The position numbers and the translations under genes were made by a program. From positions 1 through 55,542 of the forward strand of contig JAJFIJ010000027.1 of assembly GCA_021775105.1 (NCBI GenBank): DNA of 55,542 bases. Reading direction: 5' to 3'. The notes beneath the pieces were generated by a model. It saw nothing but the letters and a program-made list of their open reading frames with translations, did not search any database and was not told the origin of the DNA. Positions 19,079 through 28,030 of this stretch are shown piece by piece. The DNA comes from Rhodospirillales bacterium (GTDB lineage: Bacteria > Pseudomonadota > Alphaproteobacteria > Rhodospirillales > Casp-alpha2). Within the stretch, counting starts at the first letter, position 1. Each line of letters starts with the position of its first letter.

Positions 19079-19828
19079 ATGAAAGCAACAGTGACAACCA
19101 TTTCCCGCAGAAATCTGGTCGGGAAAATTGGCAAGGGAGCAACTCTGGCCGCTGTAGCCACAGCTGTTCCCGGTCAGGCGAAAGCGGCAATTGCCCAGCG
19201 CCCTGTGCACTACGCAATGGTCATTGATACCCGTAAGTGTACGGGCTGTCATGCATGCTCCGTTGCCTGTAAAACAGAATTCGAGGTTCCCCTGGGGGTT
19301 CATCGTTCCTGGGTGGAATATGTCGAAAAAGGAACGTACCCGAACGTCAGCAGAAGTTTCCTTCCGCGACTGTGCAATCAGTGTTCCGAGCCCGACTGCG
19401 TCAGCGTCTGTCCAACAGGCGCAACGTACAAAAGGGAAGAGGACGGGATCATCGTCGTTGACGCCGAAAAATGCATCGGCTGCAAGTACTGTATGCAGGC
19501 TTGCCCTTACGATTCCAGGTTTGTTAACCCCAACACCGGCACCGTCGAAAAATGTGATTTCTGCCTGCACCGGGTAACCAAGGGGCTTGAACCCTCATGT
19601 GTCAATACCTGTCAGGGCAGGGCAAGAGTCTTCGGCGATCTGAACGACCCGGATAGTGAGGTGGCCAAACTCGTTGCTACTGAACCGGTTACGGTGCTCA
19701 GGCAAGAGATGGGAACTCAGCCGAATGTTTTCTACATCGGCGCTGATCATGCGGATGAAAACGACCTGCGCGTCCCGGGACAATACGTCCGGGTCGATAC
19801 GCATCGTCCCGCTCTGGAACGGAGGTAA
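19079..19828 (+). CDS. 4x[4Fe-4S] ferredoxin-type electron-transfer subunit of a DMSO-reductase-family enzyme, with its own Tat leader
   Basis: 'ISRRNLVGK' twin-arginine leader. Cys clusters CTGCHACSVAC, CNQCSEPDCVSVCP, CIGCKYCMQACP, CDFC...CVNTC. Confidence 0.9.
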   Translation: MKATVTTISRRNLVGKIGKGATLAAVATAVPGQAKAAIAQRPVHYAMVIDTRKCTGCHACSVACKTEFEVPLGVHRSWVEYVEKGTYPNVSRSFLPRLCNQCSEPDCVSVCPTGATYKREEDGIIVVDAEKCIGCKYCMQACPYDSRFVNPNTGTVEKCDFCLHRVTKGLEPSCVNTCQGRARVFGDLNDPDSEVAKLVATEPVTVLRQEMGTQPNVFYIGADHADENDLRVPGQYVRVDTHRPALERR

Positions 19829-19833
19829 GGGTT

Positions 19834-20835
19834 ATGCAAGAACTACATTGGGGTCTCCCTGTCATAGGGTATTTGTTTTTAGCTGGTGTCGGCGCAGGTG
19901 CCTATACCGTAAGTTCGTCCGCCCTGTTACGTGGCGGTGCGAACGGCGTTACCAGCGACAACTTTGATATCGCCCGGTATGGCGCCCTGTTGGCGCCGAT
20001 TCCGATGATCGTTGGAACCGGCATGATTATCTTTGAGCTGGGAACTTTCCAGGCCGCCGTCGCCAATGGCGACATCGGATTATTCTTCAAATGGATCAAT
20101 CTGTTCCTGACCATCAACATGTCGCCGATGAGTATTGGTTCATGGGTGCTTGGCGTATGTATTATCGCCAGCGTCCTTTATGCCTATACATTCCTTTCCA
20201 GTAACAGTGCGCCTGACGATGCCAATAACGGTTTGCGCCAGAAGATGGCATGGATCGGAGTTCCGCTCGGAATTGCCGTGGCAATCTATACCGGTGTGAT
20301 GCTCGGTGCGATGCCTGCAAGGCCGTTCTGGAACACGCCGATGCTGGCAATTCTGTTCCTGATCTCATCTCTGTCAACCGGTGTCGCAGGAATCCTGCTA
20401 TTGCGCGCATTGTTCGCTCATGGTCAAACTGCACCGGCAAGCGACCCGCCAACTGATCTCGACCATAGTGTCGGCAAGGGTGCCTATATGCTTGCATCAT
20501 CCGATGTGAAGCTGATCGGGCTTGAGTTACTGGCAATTGCCCTGTTCATTCTGTTCGCCAAACTGGCCATCGGCAACGCGTCCGAGGCGGTGTCGATCAT
20601 TCTGCCCGGCGGCGCTCTGGCAACCATGTTCTGGGGCGGTGTCGTCGTCGTCGGACTGCTATTGCCGATGCTGGTCGAACTTAAATACGTGATTCCGGCC
20701 CTGCGTCATCAGCAACCATATGCCATGCCCCGCGGAACCGAAATCGCCGTTTGTGCCGTTATTCTGTTTGGCGGATTCATGCTGCGCTACGTCGTGGTCG
20801 CGGCCGGTCAGATGACCGGTCCCATGGGAATTTGA
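19834..20835 (+). CDS. NrfD/PsrC-type integral membrane quinol-interacting anchor subunit
   Basis: 'WGLPVIGYLFLAGVGAGAY' start typical of NrfD-family proteins, about 8 hydrophobic helices, 5 nt after the FeS gene. Confidence 0.85.
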   Translation: MQELHWGLPVIGYLFLAGVGAGAYTVSSSALLRGGANGVTSDNFDIARYGALLAPIPMIVGTGMIIFELGTFQAAVANGDIGLFFKWINLFLTINMSPMSIGSWVLGVCIIASVLYAYTFLSSNSAPDDANNGLRQKMAWIGVPLGIAVAIYTGVMLGAMPARPFWNTPMLAILFLISSLSTGVAGILLLRALFAHGQTAPASDPPTDLDHSVGKGAYMLASSDVKLIGLELLAIALFILFAKLAIGNASEAVSIILPGGALATMFWGGVVVVGLLLPMLVELKYVIPALRHQQPYAMPRGTEIAVCAVILFGGFMLRYVVVAAGQMTGPMGI

Positions 20836-20845
20836 GGAGACGATT

Positions 20846-23380
20846 ATGTTAAATCGACGTAACTTTTTACAGGTTGGTGCCAGCGTACCACTTGCAGCAC
20901 TGGCCGGTGAAGCATTAGTCCGACACACCTCCGCAGGACCCGTGATTGGCGGCAAGGACTTCTCGCCAACCACCGGCAAGGAACGCCAGGCTATTCCCAG
21001 CGCCTGCTGGCAATGCGTGACCCGTTGCCCCAACATCTCCTATGTGGAGGACGGACGACTGGTCAAGATCGAAGGGCAGCCGAATTCCATCAGGACCAAT
21101 GGGGTGATGTGCTCCAAGGGTCAGGGCGGCATCGGTCAATACTCTGATCCGGATCGCATTCTCCACCCCATGCGTCGTGTTGGTAAACGCGGCGAAGGAA
21201 AATGGAAACGGGTCAGTTGGGACGAAGCCCTCAGTGAACTGGCGGAGCGTATGAAGAAACTGCGTGACGATGGAACGCCGGAAAAAGTGATGTTCCACTA
21301 TGGCCGCATGAAAGCCAGCCATTCCAAGCTGATCAAGAGCCTGTTCCTCGCCAATTACGGGACCGGCACCATTGGCAATCATACCTCGATTTGTGAGGCC
21401 GCCAAGTGGACGGCGCAGGAAATGACCTGGGGTGGTCATTACGACAACTGGGACTTCGACAATACCAACTACGTGCTGAACTTCGGTTCCAACGTACTCG
21501 AAGCTCATACCAACCACATCCCGACCGCACATCGATTGATCAAGCGATTGACTGACGGCAACATCCGTATGGTGACCTTCGATGTCCGACTGTCAAACAC
21601 CGCCGCCAATTCGTCAGAATGGGTGCCGGTCAGACCCGGTACAGACCGCGCCGTCGTCCTTGCGATGTGCAACGTGGTGATGAACGAAGACCTGTATAAA
21701 GGTGAAGGGGAAGCCTTCCTGAAGTTTGTCAAGGTCACCGCCGGCCTGAATCCCGGCATCGACGACAAGGTCGCCGCTCTGAAGACTCACCTTGCCAGGT
21801 ACACGCCGGAATGGGCTGAGAAGGTCAGCGGCGTACCTGCTGACAAGATCCGCACCATTGCCCGTGAAGTTGCGACCGCCAAACCGGCCTGCATCATCAG
21901 TTACCGCGGTGCGGTTGCGCATCATCATGGTGCGGATACCGAGCGTGCAGTGCAGATGCTGGCCTCAATCACCGGCAACGTCGACAATCCGGGCGGTCGG
22001 TGCAAGGCTGTCGGTGCCAAGTGGAAGTACCCGAAGGGACCGAAGAACAAACCGAAATCGCGCAAACTCAAGATTCTCGACGGACTACCCGGTGCGGCCA
22101 AAATGCCGACCCATCATGTCAACCACCAGGTTCTGAAGATGATCAAGGACGGCAGCGCCGGAAGACCGAACATCTATATGTGGTACTGCTACACGCCGGT
22201 CTATGCCAACGGCGAGGTCCAGGAGAACATCGACATTATGAAGGACGAGAAACTGATCCCGTTCAGTGTTTGTGTTAATCCGTTCTACGACGAGTCGGCG
22301 GCTTTGGCTGATCTGATCCTGCCCGACACCCCCTATACGGAACGTTGGGGTTATGAAGATATGGTATCGCCGACGCAGGTCGCGGAATATTACATTCGCC
22401 AGCCGGCCGTGAAGCCGCTCGGTGACTCCCGTGATTTCGCCGACGTCTGCATTGAACTTGCTGATCGCATGGGCTTCCCGCTTGGCGTCAAGAGCCACGA
22501 AGAGTTCGTCAAGGTGTCCTGTGAAAAAACGCCGCTGATCAAGGCGGCGGGTGGCTTCGAGTATATGAAAGCCAACGGTGTTTACCATGACCCGAAAGCC
22601 AAGCCGAAGTTCTTCTCCTATAAGAAAGTTCTCAAACCCGAACAATATGAAAAGGACGGTATCGTCAAGGATCCGGAAACGGGCGTCTACTGGAACTGGA
22701 AGAAGGCCAAGGTAGCGAGCGTCGAAGATGCTTTGAAAAAAGGCTACACGCACACCAAAAAGTCCTACAAAGCCTACGTCGGCCAGGAAATCGATGGCGT
22801 GGTGTACTCGGGTTTCAAACCTGACAAGCTCAACAAGTCTGGTTTCATGGAGCTCTACTCCGAAATCGTCGAAGCCAAGGATCTTCCGGCCATGCCGTCA
22901 TGGATGGCGGCACCGGAACATGATGCAATGAAACCCGGTGATCTGATCCTGACCACCTTCAAGGTCTCCACGCAGATCCATTCGCGCTCTGCAAACTGTA
23001 AGTATCTGACCGAAATAACGCATGACAATCCAGCCTGGATCAATCCACAGACAGCTCTGGAAAAAGGAATAGCCGAAGGCGATGCGATTTCGGTGACCTC
23101 ACCGTTCGGCGAGATCAAGACCACAGCCAGAGTGACACCAGCGGTCGTCCCAGGCACTGTGGCAATTTCTCATCATTGTGGTCATTGGGAATATGGTCGG
23201 TACGCATCCGGCAAGAAAGCGCCAGACGGGCGTCCCGGTCCAAAGGCCGACAATATCTGGTGGAAAACAAACGGTGCGCATCCAAACTGGATCATCGGCA
23301 ACAAGGCCGATCCCATATCGGGACAGTTGCGCTTTATGGACACCGTTGTAACCGTCAAAAAGGTCGGGGCGCGTGCGTGA
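20846..23380 (+). CDS. Molybdopterin (bis-MGD) oxidoreductase catalytic subunit, Tat-exported; substrate unassigned
   Basis: Tat leader 'MLNRRNFLQVGAS', FS0 motif 'CWQCVTRC' + 27 residues + C, probable Mo-ligand Cys in 'GNHTSICEAAK', 844 aa. Confidence 0.9.
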   Translation: MLNRRNFLQVGASVPLAALAGEALVRHTSAGPVIGGKDFSPTTGKERQAIPSACWQCVTRCPNISYVEDGRLVKIEGQPNSIRTNGVMCSKGQGGIGQYSDPDRILHPMRRVGKRGEGKWKRVSWDEALSELAERMKKLRDDGTPEKVMFHYGRMKASHSKLIKSLFLANYGTGTIGNHTSICEAAKWTAQEMTWGGHYDNWDFDNTNYVLNFGSNVLEAHTNHIPTAHRLIKRLTDGNIRMVTFDVRLSNTAANSSEWVPVRPGTDRAVVLAMCNVVMNEDLYKGEGEAFLKFVKVTAGLNPGIDDKVAALKTHLARYTPEWAEKVSGVPADKIRTIAREVATAKPACIISYRGAVAHHHGADTERAVQMLASITGNVDNPGGRCKAVGAKWKYPKGPKNKPKSRKLKILDGLPGAAKMPTHHVNHQVLKMIKDGSAGRPNIYMWYCYTPVYANGEVQENIDIMKDEKLIPFSVCVNPFYDESAALADLILPDTPYTERWGYEDMVSPTQVAEYYIRQPAVKPLGDSRDFADVCIELADRMGFPLGVKSHEEFVKVSCEKTPLIKAAGGFEYMKANGVYHDPKAKPKFFSYKKVLKPEQYEKDGIVKDPETGVYWNWKKAKVASVEDALKKGYTHTKKSYKAYVGQEIDGVVYSGFKPDKLNKSGFMELYSEIVEAKDLPAMPSWMAAPEHDAMKPGDLILTTFKVSTQIHSRSANCKYLTEITHDNPAWINPQTALEKGIAEGDAISVTSPFGEIKTTARVTPAVVPGTVAISHHCGHWEYGRYASGKKAPDGRPGPKADNIWWKTNGAHPNWIIGNKADPISGQLRFMDTVVTVKKVGARA

Positions 23381-24101
23381 CCTAACGCCAGACATCGGCC
23401 ATGACGAGTTGGCCAGGAGCGCCATGGAGCGAAGTCGGCTCTATGGCCTTCTGGCCACGGTTTTTCGTCACGAACCATCGGCTGAATTTTTATGCCAGAT
23501 GAAAACACCTGAAATGATGGTTGCCTTGGCCGGTGCAGGAGTTGAGTTGGGCGAAGAGTTCGAGACAGACCGGTTCGCCGATATCAGCGAAAAACTGGGC
23601 ATTGAATACACACGTTTATTTCTGGGGCCGGGGAAACACATCTCGCCACACGAGTCGGTGCAGCTAAAACGCGGCAGCGGTATCCTGTGGGGACCAGAGA
23701 CATCAGCGGTTCGAAAGACCTATCGTGCCGCCGGACTGGATCTCGGTGAGAACGAAACTGTCCTTCCGGATCATCTCAGCGTTGAGTTGGATTTCCTGGT
23801 TTTACTGGCAAAGGAAGAGGCCGAAGCTTGGGAGAAGTTGGAATATGACAGCACGGCCAGATCCCTGCATCTCCAACATGGATTCATCTCCCGTCATCTT
23901 GGAAAATGGGTAGGCGGGTTCTGCAAAAAGGTCAAAGAGCAAGCAGATTTTGCTTTCTATCCAGCATTTGCCGAACTCCTGCGCGGGTTTTTGTCAGGTG
24001 AAAAATCTGAAATCATCAGTAGACTGAACCTGATTGATGCAAATGACCCCCTTTTCTCTGATGACGGGGAAAGTAATAATCTTAGATCTATCAATGGGTA
24101 A
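23373..24101 (+). CDS. TorD/DmsD-family redox-enzyme maturation chaperone
   Basis: 'RLYGLLATVFRHEPSAEFL', 'EYTRLFLGPG', 'LPDHLSVELDFLVLL'. The GTG at 23373 overlaps the catalytic-subunit stop; an ATG at 23424 is an alternative start. Confidence 0.8.
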   Translation: MRDLTPDIGHDELARSAMERSRLYGLLATVFRHEPSAEFLCQMKTPEMMVALAGAGVELGEEFETDRFADISEKLGIEYTRLFLGPGKHISPHESVQLKRGSGILWGPETSAVRKTYRAAGLDLGENETVLPDHLSVELDFLVLLAKEEAEAWEKLEYDSTARSLHLQHGFISRHLGKWVGGFCKKVKEQADFAFYPAFAELLRGFLSGEKSEIISRLNLIDANDPLFSDDGESNNLRSING

Positions 24102-24768
24102 TCAGCGAAATTCCGATTCTGGTCGCGCAATACCCTACCGAACCACGGCGGATGCGTTGGTGGTAAGTGCGCTGGTAGTCATCATCTTATCAGCGGCGAC
24201 GGTAAACGCCTCAGCATGTGGCTGGTGGGGCGATGGTGAGAACGACGAAACTGAATCCATAACGATAGGCGCAGACGGGCACCCGGTTTCAGAAGACATC
24301 GAAAAATCTGGGATACCCTATGGACTACAAGTACCCGCGCCAAGATCCGGTTATGGTATGGTTGTCCTGCAGGGCGGAACAGCAATGCCCTATCTGCATG
24401 TGGTCAAAGACAACTCCATCCACTCAATCCAGCAACTTCGCCAATTTGGGTTCCCCGCAGTTATCGATCTTGGTACGCCCCCTGCGGTTGCAACACTGCA
24501 TCAGCTGGAAACCGGTCCACTTGGAATGAAATACTTCAATATTCCTCTGGATCAGGGCGTTCCGGGCGAAGCCGATGTCTTGCGGTTTAGCGAAATTATC
24601 TCAACCTGGGAAAACCTGCCGATTTTGGTATTCAGCGCATCGGCCAATCAGCTGGGAAGATTGTGGGCCAATTATCAGCTACTTGAAGGCTTTTCCCGGA
24701 AAGATGCTGTCAGGCAAGGACGGCAGTTGGGTTTGACCGAAGACGATATCCGCAACCTTCGAAAATAA
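24094..24768 (+). CDS. Exported (possibly lipoprotein) protein with a DUF442/PTP-like fold and a degenerate active-site loop
   Basis: The ATG at 24094 overlaps the TorD-like stop (ATGGGTAA). Signal/lipobox-like 'LSAATVNASAC'. 'GFPAVIDLG...KYFNIPLD...PILVFSASANQLGRLWAN' resembles the DUF442 layout, with Ser where the Cys is expected. Confidence 0.55.
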   Translation: MGNQRNSDSGRAIPYRTTADALVVSALVVIILSAATVNASACGWWGDGENDETESITIGADGHPVSEDIEKSGIPYGLQVPAPRSGYGMVVLQGGTAMPYLHVVKDNSIHSIQQLRQFGFPAVIDLGTPPAVATLHQLETGPLGMKYFNIPLDQGVPGEADVLRFSEIISTWENLPILVFSASANQLGRLWANYQLLEGFSRKDAVRQGRQLGLTEDDIRNLRK

Positions 24769-24877
24769 TGTCCGAAGGTTGAGCCCCCATACCAACCTCC
24801 GGCACCTTTGCCCGAACCTGCATATGCGAATTCAAACAAAAACGCGATCGGAATATTGTTAGGGGGCAACTGGATAA

Positions 24878-25276
24878 CTACCCGTCTATCATGGCTTCGC
24901 CGCGACTGACCAGTTCCAGTGACGACATTGCCCATTCGGCCATTCTGGTCAGGTCATCCTGGTTAAAGCCGAAGGCGACCGCAATATCGCTGATCATGTT
25001 CGATTCGGCTTCATCCAGATAGTCGTCGCTGTAGGCCAGTGCGAGAATTTCCATCATCGCGACGCATCGGGACTGACGGGTATCGAAGGCGCTGACATCC
25101 AGATCACCAAGCACCCCGTCCGTTTCCTGAGTATCGGGCAGCGCAAGTCGGCGTTTCAAGTCATCGAGTTTTCGAAGCTCGCTCCTGTCCTGTTCCCCGT
25201 CAATCAACGTTGTTCGCTGGGCGAGACTAAAAAACGCCTGTTTTTGCGAAGTGTTCAGAAGATGAAGGAACATCAT
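24878..25276 (-). CDS. Hypothetical cytoplasmic protein, possibly TerB-like
   Basis: Two acidic helical repeats ('FFSLAQRTTLIDGEQDRSELRKLDDL', 'MEILALAYSDDYLDEAESNMISDIA') resemble the TerB/DjlA-N pattern. Weak by-eye call. Confidence 0.45.
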   Translation of the reverse strand: MMFLHLLNTSQKQAFFSLAQRTTLIDGEQDRSELRKLDDLKRRLALPDTQETDGVLGDLDVSAFDTRQSRCVAMMEILALAYSDDYLDEAESNMISDIAVAFGFNQDDLTRMAEWAMSSLELVSRGEAMIDG

Positions 25277-25438
25277 AATCGCCTTTTCTATTCGCGGATT
25301 GGTATTTCAAACTAGATCAATTCCACACCGGTCTCCACCTTTTTGGCCTGCAATGCTTGCTCCATCTGCGGATTTTCGCTACGAAACACCGGCAGATATT
25401 CTGTCCACGCCCAATTCCGTCAATCAGAAGCGAAGCCG

Positions 25439-26599
25439 ATGAACGAGCCTGTGAACAAAGCCCTACTGCCTGCCGGAATGTCGGATGCGTTGCCGCCGGA
25501 TGCCGCATTCGAAGCCGATACACTCGACGATCTGCTATTGAGCTTTGCCGGGCACGGATACCAGCAAGTCAAACCGCCGCTTATCGAGTTTGAAGAGGGG
25601 CTGCTTGCCGGAGTCGGAACCGCTGTATCAGCGCAAACCTTTCGACTGATGGATCCGATTTCCCAGCGTATGATGGGCGTTCGCGCCGACATGACGCCGC
25701 AGGTTGCGCGTATTGCCGCCAGCCGCCTGAAAAAGGCCCCGCGCCCGCTTCGTCTGAGCTATGCCGGTCAGGTGCTGCGGATCAAAGGCTCTCAACTCCG
25801 CCCCGAACGACAGTTTTCCCAGGTCGGCGCTGAACTGATCGGTGTTACCGAACCCGCCGCCGATGCGGAAGTCATCGTCATGGCAGCAAATGCACTGACA
25901 AAAATCGGTGTTTCAAATCTTTCAATTGATCTTGGTATCCCGACGCTGGTGCCGGCAATCTGTCGCGAACTTGACATATCAGAAGAGGTTGAAGGCAAGC
26001 TGCGTCTGGCACTCGACCGAAAGGACGCCGCCGAGGTCGCCGCATTGGCCAACGATTTGGGGGCCGATGGATGCAAAATCCTGAGTGCCCTGCTGGCCGC
26101 TGCCGGACCGGCGCACAAGACCATTGATGTTCTGAACGCGCTTGATCTTGGCGATCATGCAGCGCAAGAACGCCACGCCCTGATTGAAGTGATCAGTTTG
26201 ATTGAAGCGGCTGATTCTGATTTGACGCTGACCGTTGACCCCGTTGAAAACCGTGGTTTCGAGTATCACAGCGGGGTGACGTTCACATTCTTCGTGCGCG
26301 GTGTGCGCGGCGAACTGGGAACTGGCGGTCGTTACGTCGCCAACACCGGCAACGGCCATGAAGAACCCTCGACCGGGTTCACCCTGTTCATGGACACGGT
26401 GTTGCGCGCACTCCCGGAATACATACCACAAGCGCGGATTTTCATGCCTTGGGGCACCGGGCGCGAGGCGGCAGAAAAGCTTCGGGCGGAAGGTTGGGCG
26501 GCAGTCTCGGGACTGGTCGCTGTTGAAAACGATGAAGCCGAGGCGAAGCGGTTGCTTTGCACACATCTTTTTACTGAAAATGGAATAGTCGAACTTTAA
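25439..26599 (+). CDS. hisZ: ATP phosphoribosyltransferase regulatory subunit
   Basis: HisRS-like without anticodon domain: 'LPAGMSDALPPD', 'FRLMDPISQRMMGVRADMTPQVARI', 'RLSYAGQVLR', 'QFSQVGAELIG'. Sits upstream of purA. ATG at 25439 preferred. Confidence 0.85.
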   Translation: MNEPVNKALLPAGMSDALPPDAAFEADTLDDLLLSFAGHGYQQVKPPLIEFEEGLLAGVGTAVSAQTFRLMDPISQRMMGVRADMTPQVARIAASRLKKAPRPLRLSYAGQVLRIKGSQLRPERQFSQVGAELIGVTEPAADAEVIVMAANALTKIGVSNLSIDLGIPTLVPAICRELDISEEVEGKLRLALDRKDAAEVAALANDLGADGCKILSALLAAAGPAHKTIDVLNALDLGDHAAQERHALIEVISLIEAADSDLTLTVDPVENRGFEYHSGVTFTFFVRGVRGELGTGGRYVANTGNGHEEPSTGFTLFMDTVLRALPEYIPQARIFMPWGTGREAAEKLRAEGWAAVSGLVAVENDEAEAKRLLCTHLFTENGIVEL

Positions 26600-26622
26600 C
26601 CTGAAATGGAAAGTTAGAAAAT

Positions 26623-27915
26623 ATGGCCAACGTAGTTGTCGTCGGTGCCCAATGGGGTGATGAAGGAAAAGGTAAAATCGTTGATCTGCTGTCAGAGCGG
26701 GCCGACGTAGTTGTTCGCTTTCAGGGCGGACACAATGCCGGTCATACACTGGTTATCGATGGCACGACCTACAAACTGAGCCTGCTGCCATCAGGTATCG
26801 TTCGTCCGAACAAGTTATCGCTGGTTGGCAACGGTGTGGTCCTTGACCCCTGGGCCTTCCTTGCTGAAGTTGACAGAATTCGCGAACAGGGCGTCGCCAT
26901 CAGTCCGGAAAACCTGCACATATCCGAGCAGGTCACACTGATCCTGCCGCTCCACAGCAACCTTGATCAGGCGCGTGAGAAAGCTGCCGGCAAAGGCAAG
27001 ATCGGCACAACCGGTCGCGGCATCGGCCCGGCATACGAAGATAAAACCGGTCGCCGCGCCATCCGCGCTGGCGACCTTGCCGATCTTGATGTTCTGGATG
27101 CCAAGATTGAACGCCTGTTGGTCCACCATAACGCGCTGCTGCGCGGCATGGGCATGGAAGAGGTATCAGGTGAGAAACTTGTTCAGGACCTCAAAGATAT
27201 CGCGCCGAAGCTGTTGCCCTATGTCGGCACCGTCTGGCAGGAACTGGACCGGGCACGGGCACAAGGCAAACGCATTCTTTATGAAGGCGCGCAAGGCACC
27301 ATGCTCGATGTCGATCACGGCACCTATCCGTATGTGACCTCATCCAACGTTGTCGCCGGCATGGCCGCCGTAGGGTCCGGACAGGGACCGGGGGCGATTG
27401 ACTACGTGCTTGGCATCACCAAGGCCTACACCACGCGCGTTGGCGAAGGCCCCTTCCCGACCGAATTGTTTGATGATGTTGGTCAGGGGCTTGGCGAACG
27501 CGGACGCGAATTTGGCACGGTGACCGGTCGGCCCCGGCGTTGCGGCTGGTTTGATGCGGTGCTGGTCCGCCAGGCCATCAAGGTCAACGGCATAACCGGC
27601 ATTGCCCTGACCAAACTGGATGTGCTGGATGGTGTTGAAGAACTCAAAGTCTGCACAGGCTACAAGATTGACGGTGAATTGTACGACCATCTTCCGGCAT
27701 CGACCGTACGTCAGGCGAAAGTCGAGCCTGTCTACGAGACCATTCCGGGCTGGACCGAAAGCACCTATGGGGCGAGAAGCTGGGCCGACCTTCCGGCAAC
27801 CTGCATCAAATACGTGCGCCGGATCGAAGAACTGATTGAGGCACCGGTCGCATTGCTGTCGACCAGCCCCGAACGCGACGACACGATTCTGGTGCACGAC
27901 CCGTTTGCCGACTGA
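26623..27915 (+). CDS. purA: Adenylosuccinate synthetase
   Basis: '[19 protein letters not shown]', '[12 protein letters not shown]', '[15 protein letters not shown]', '[14 protein letters not shown]'. Confidence 0.97.
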   Translation: MANVVVVGAQWGDEGKGKIVDLLSERADVVVRFQGGHNAGHTLVIDGTTYKLSLLPSGIVRPNKLSLVGNGVVLDPWAFLAEVDRIREQGVAISPENLHISEQVTLILPLHSNLDQAREKAAGKGKIGTTGRGIGPAYEDKTGRRAIRAGDLADLDVLDAKIERLLVHHNALLRGMGMEEVSGEKLVQDLKDIAPKLLPYVGTVWQELDRARAQGKRILYEGAQGTMLDVDHGTYPYVTSSNVVAGMAAVGSGQGPGAIDYVLGITKAYTTRVGEGPFPTELFDDVGQGLGERGREFGTVTGRPRRCGWFDAVLVRQAIKVNGITGIALTKLDVLDGVEELKVCTGYKIDGELYDHLPASTVRQAKVEPVYETIPGWTESTYGARSWADLPATCIKYVRRIEELIEAPVALLSTSPERDDTILVHDPFAD

Positions 27916-28030
27916 TATCTGACGGGTTTCCTCGCCAGACGTGACCGGCGTCAGTTCTTTGCCTTTTATCGCCCGGATTTGCTAAGCTTCCAACGGGAGT
28001 TTCGCTTGGTCGGGAGGCGGAGGATTTAGC

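Noticed and set aside
20915-22753. Two long minus-strand ORFs (205 aa and 222 aa) inside the molybdopterin subunit gene
   Set aside because: The plus-strand frame encodes a continuous 844-aa protein with a Tat leader and FS0 motif. The antisense frames have no start context or motifs.
20846-23380. Assigning the molybdoenzyme as respiratory arsenate reductase (ArrA) or arsenite oxidase (ArxA), because size (844 aa) and the CX2CX3CX27C motif fit
   Set aside because: Gene order is not arrAB or arxAB. The segment that would correspond to the Arr substrate-binding motif, which I remember as (R/K)GRY, reads HYGRM here. The FS0 spacing is shared by many family members. Substrate left unassigned.
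25979-26749. 256-aa minus-strand ORF
   Set aside because: It is entirely antisense to hisZ/purA, whose plus-strand translations carry clear family motifs. The product is Arg/Pro/Gln-rich and of low complexity, typical of spurious antisense frames in mid/high-GC DNA.
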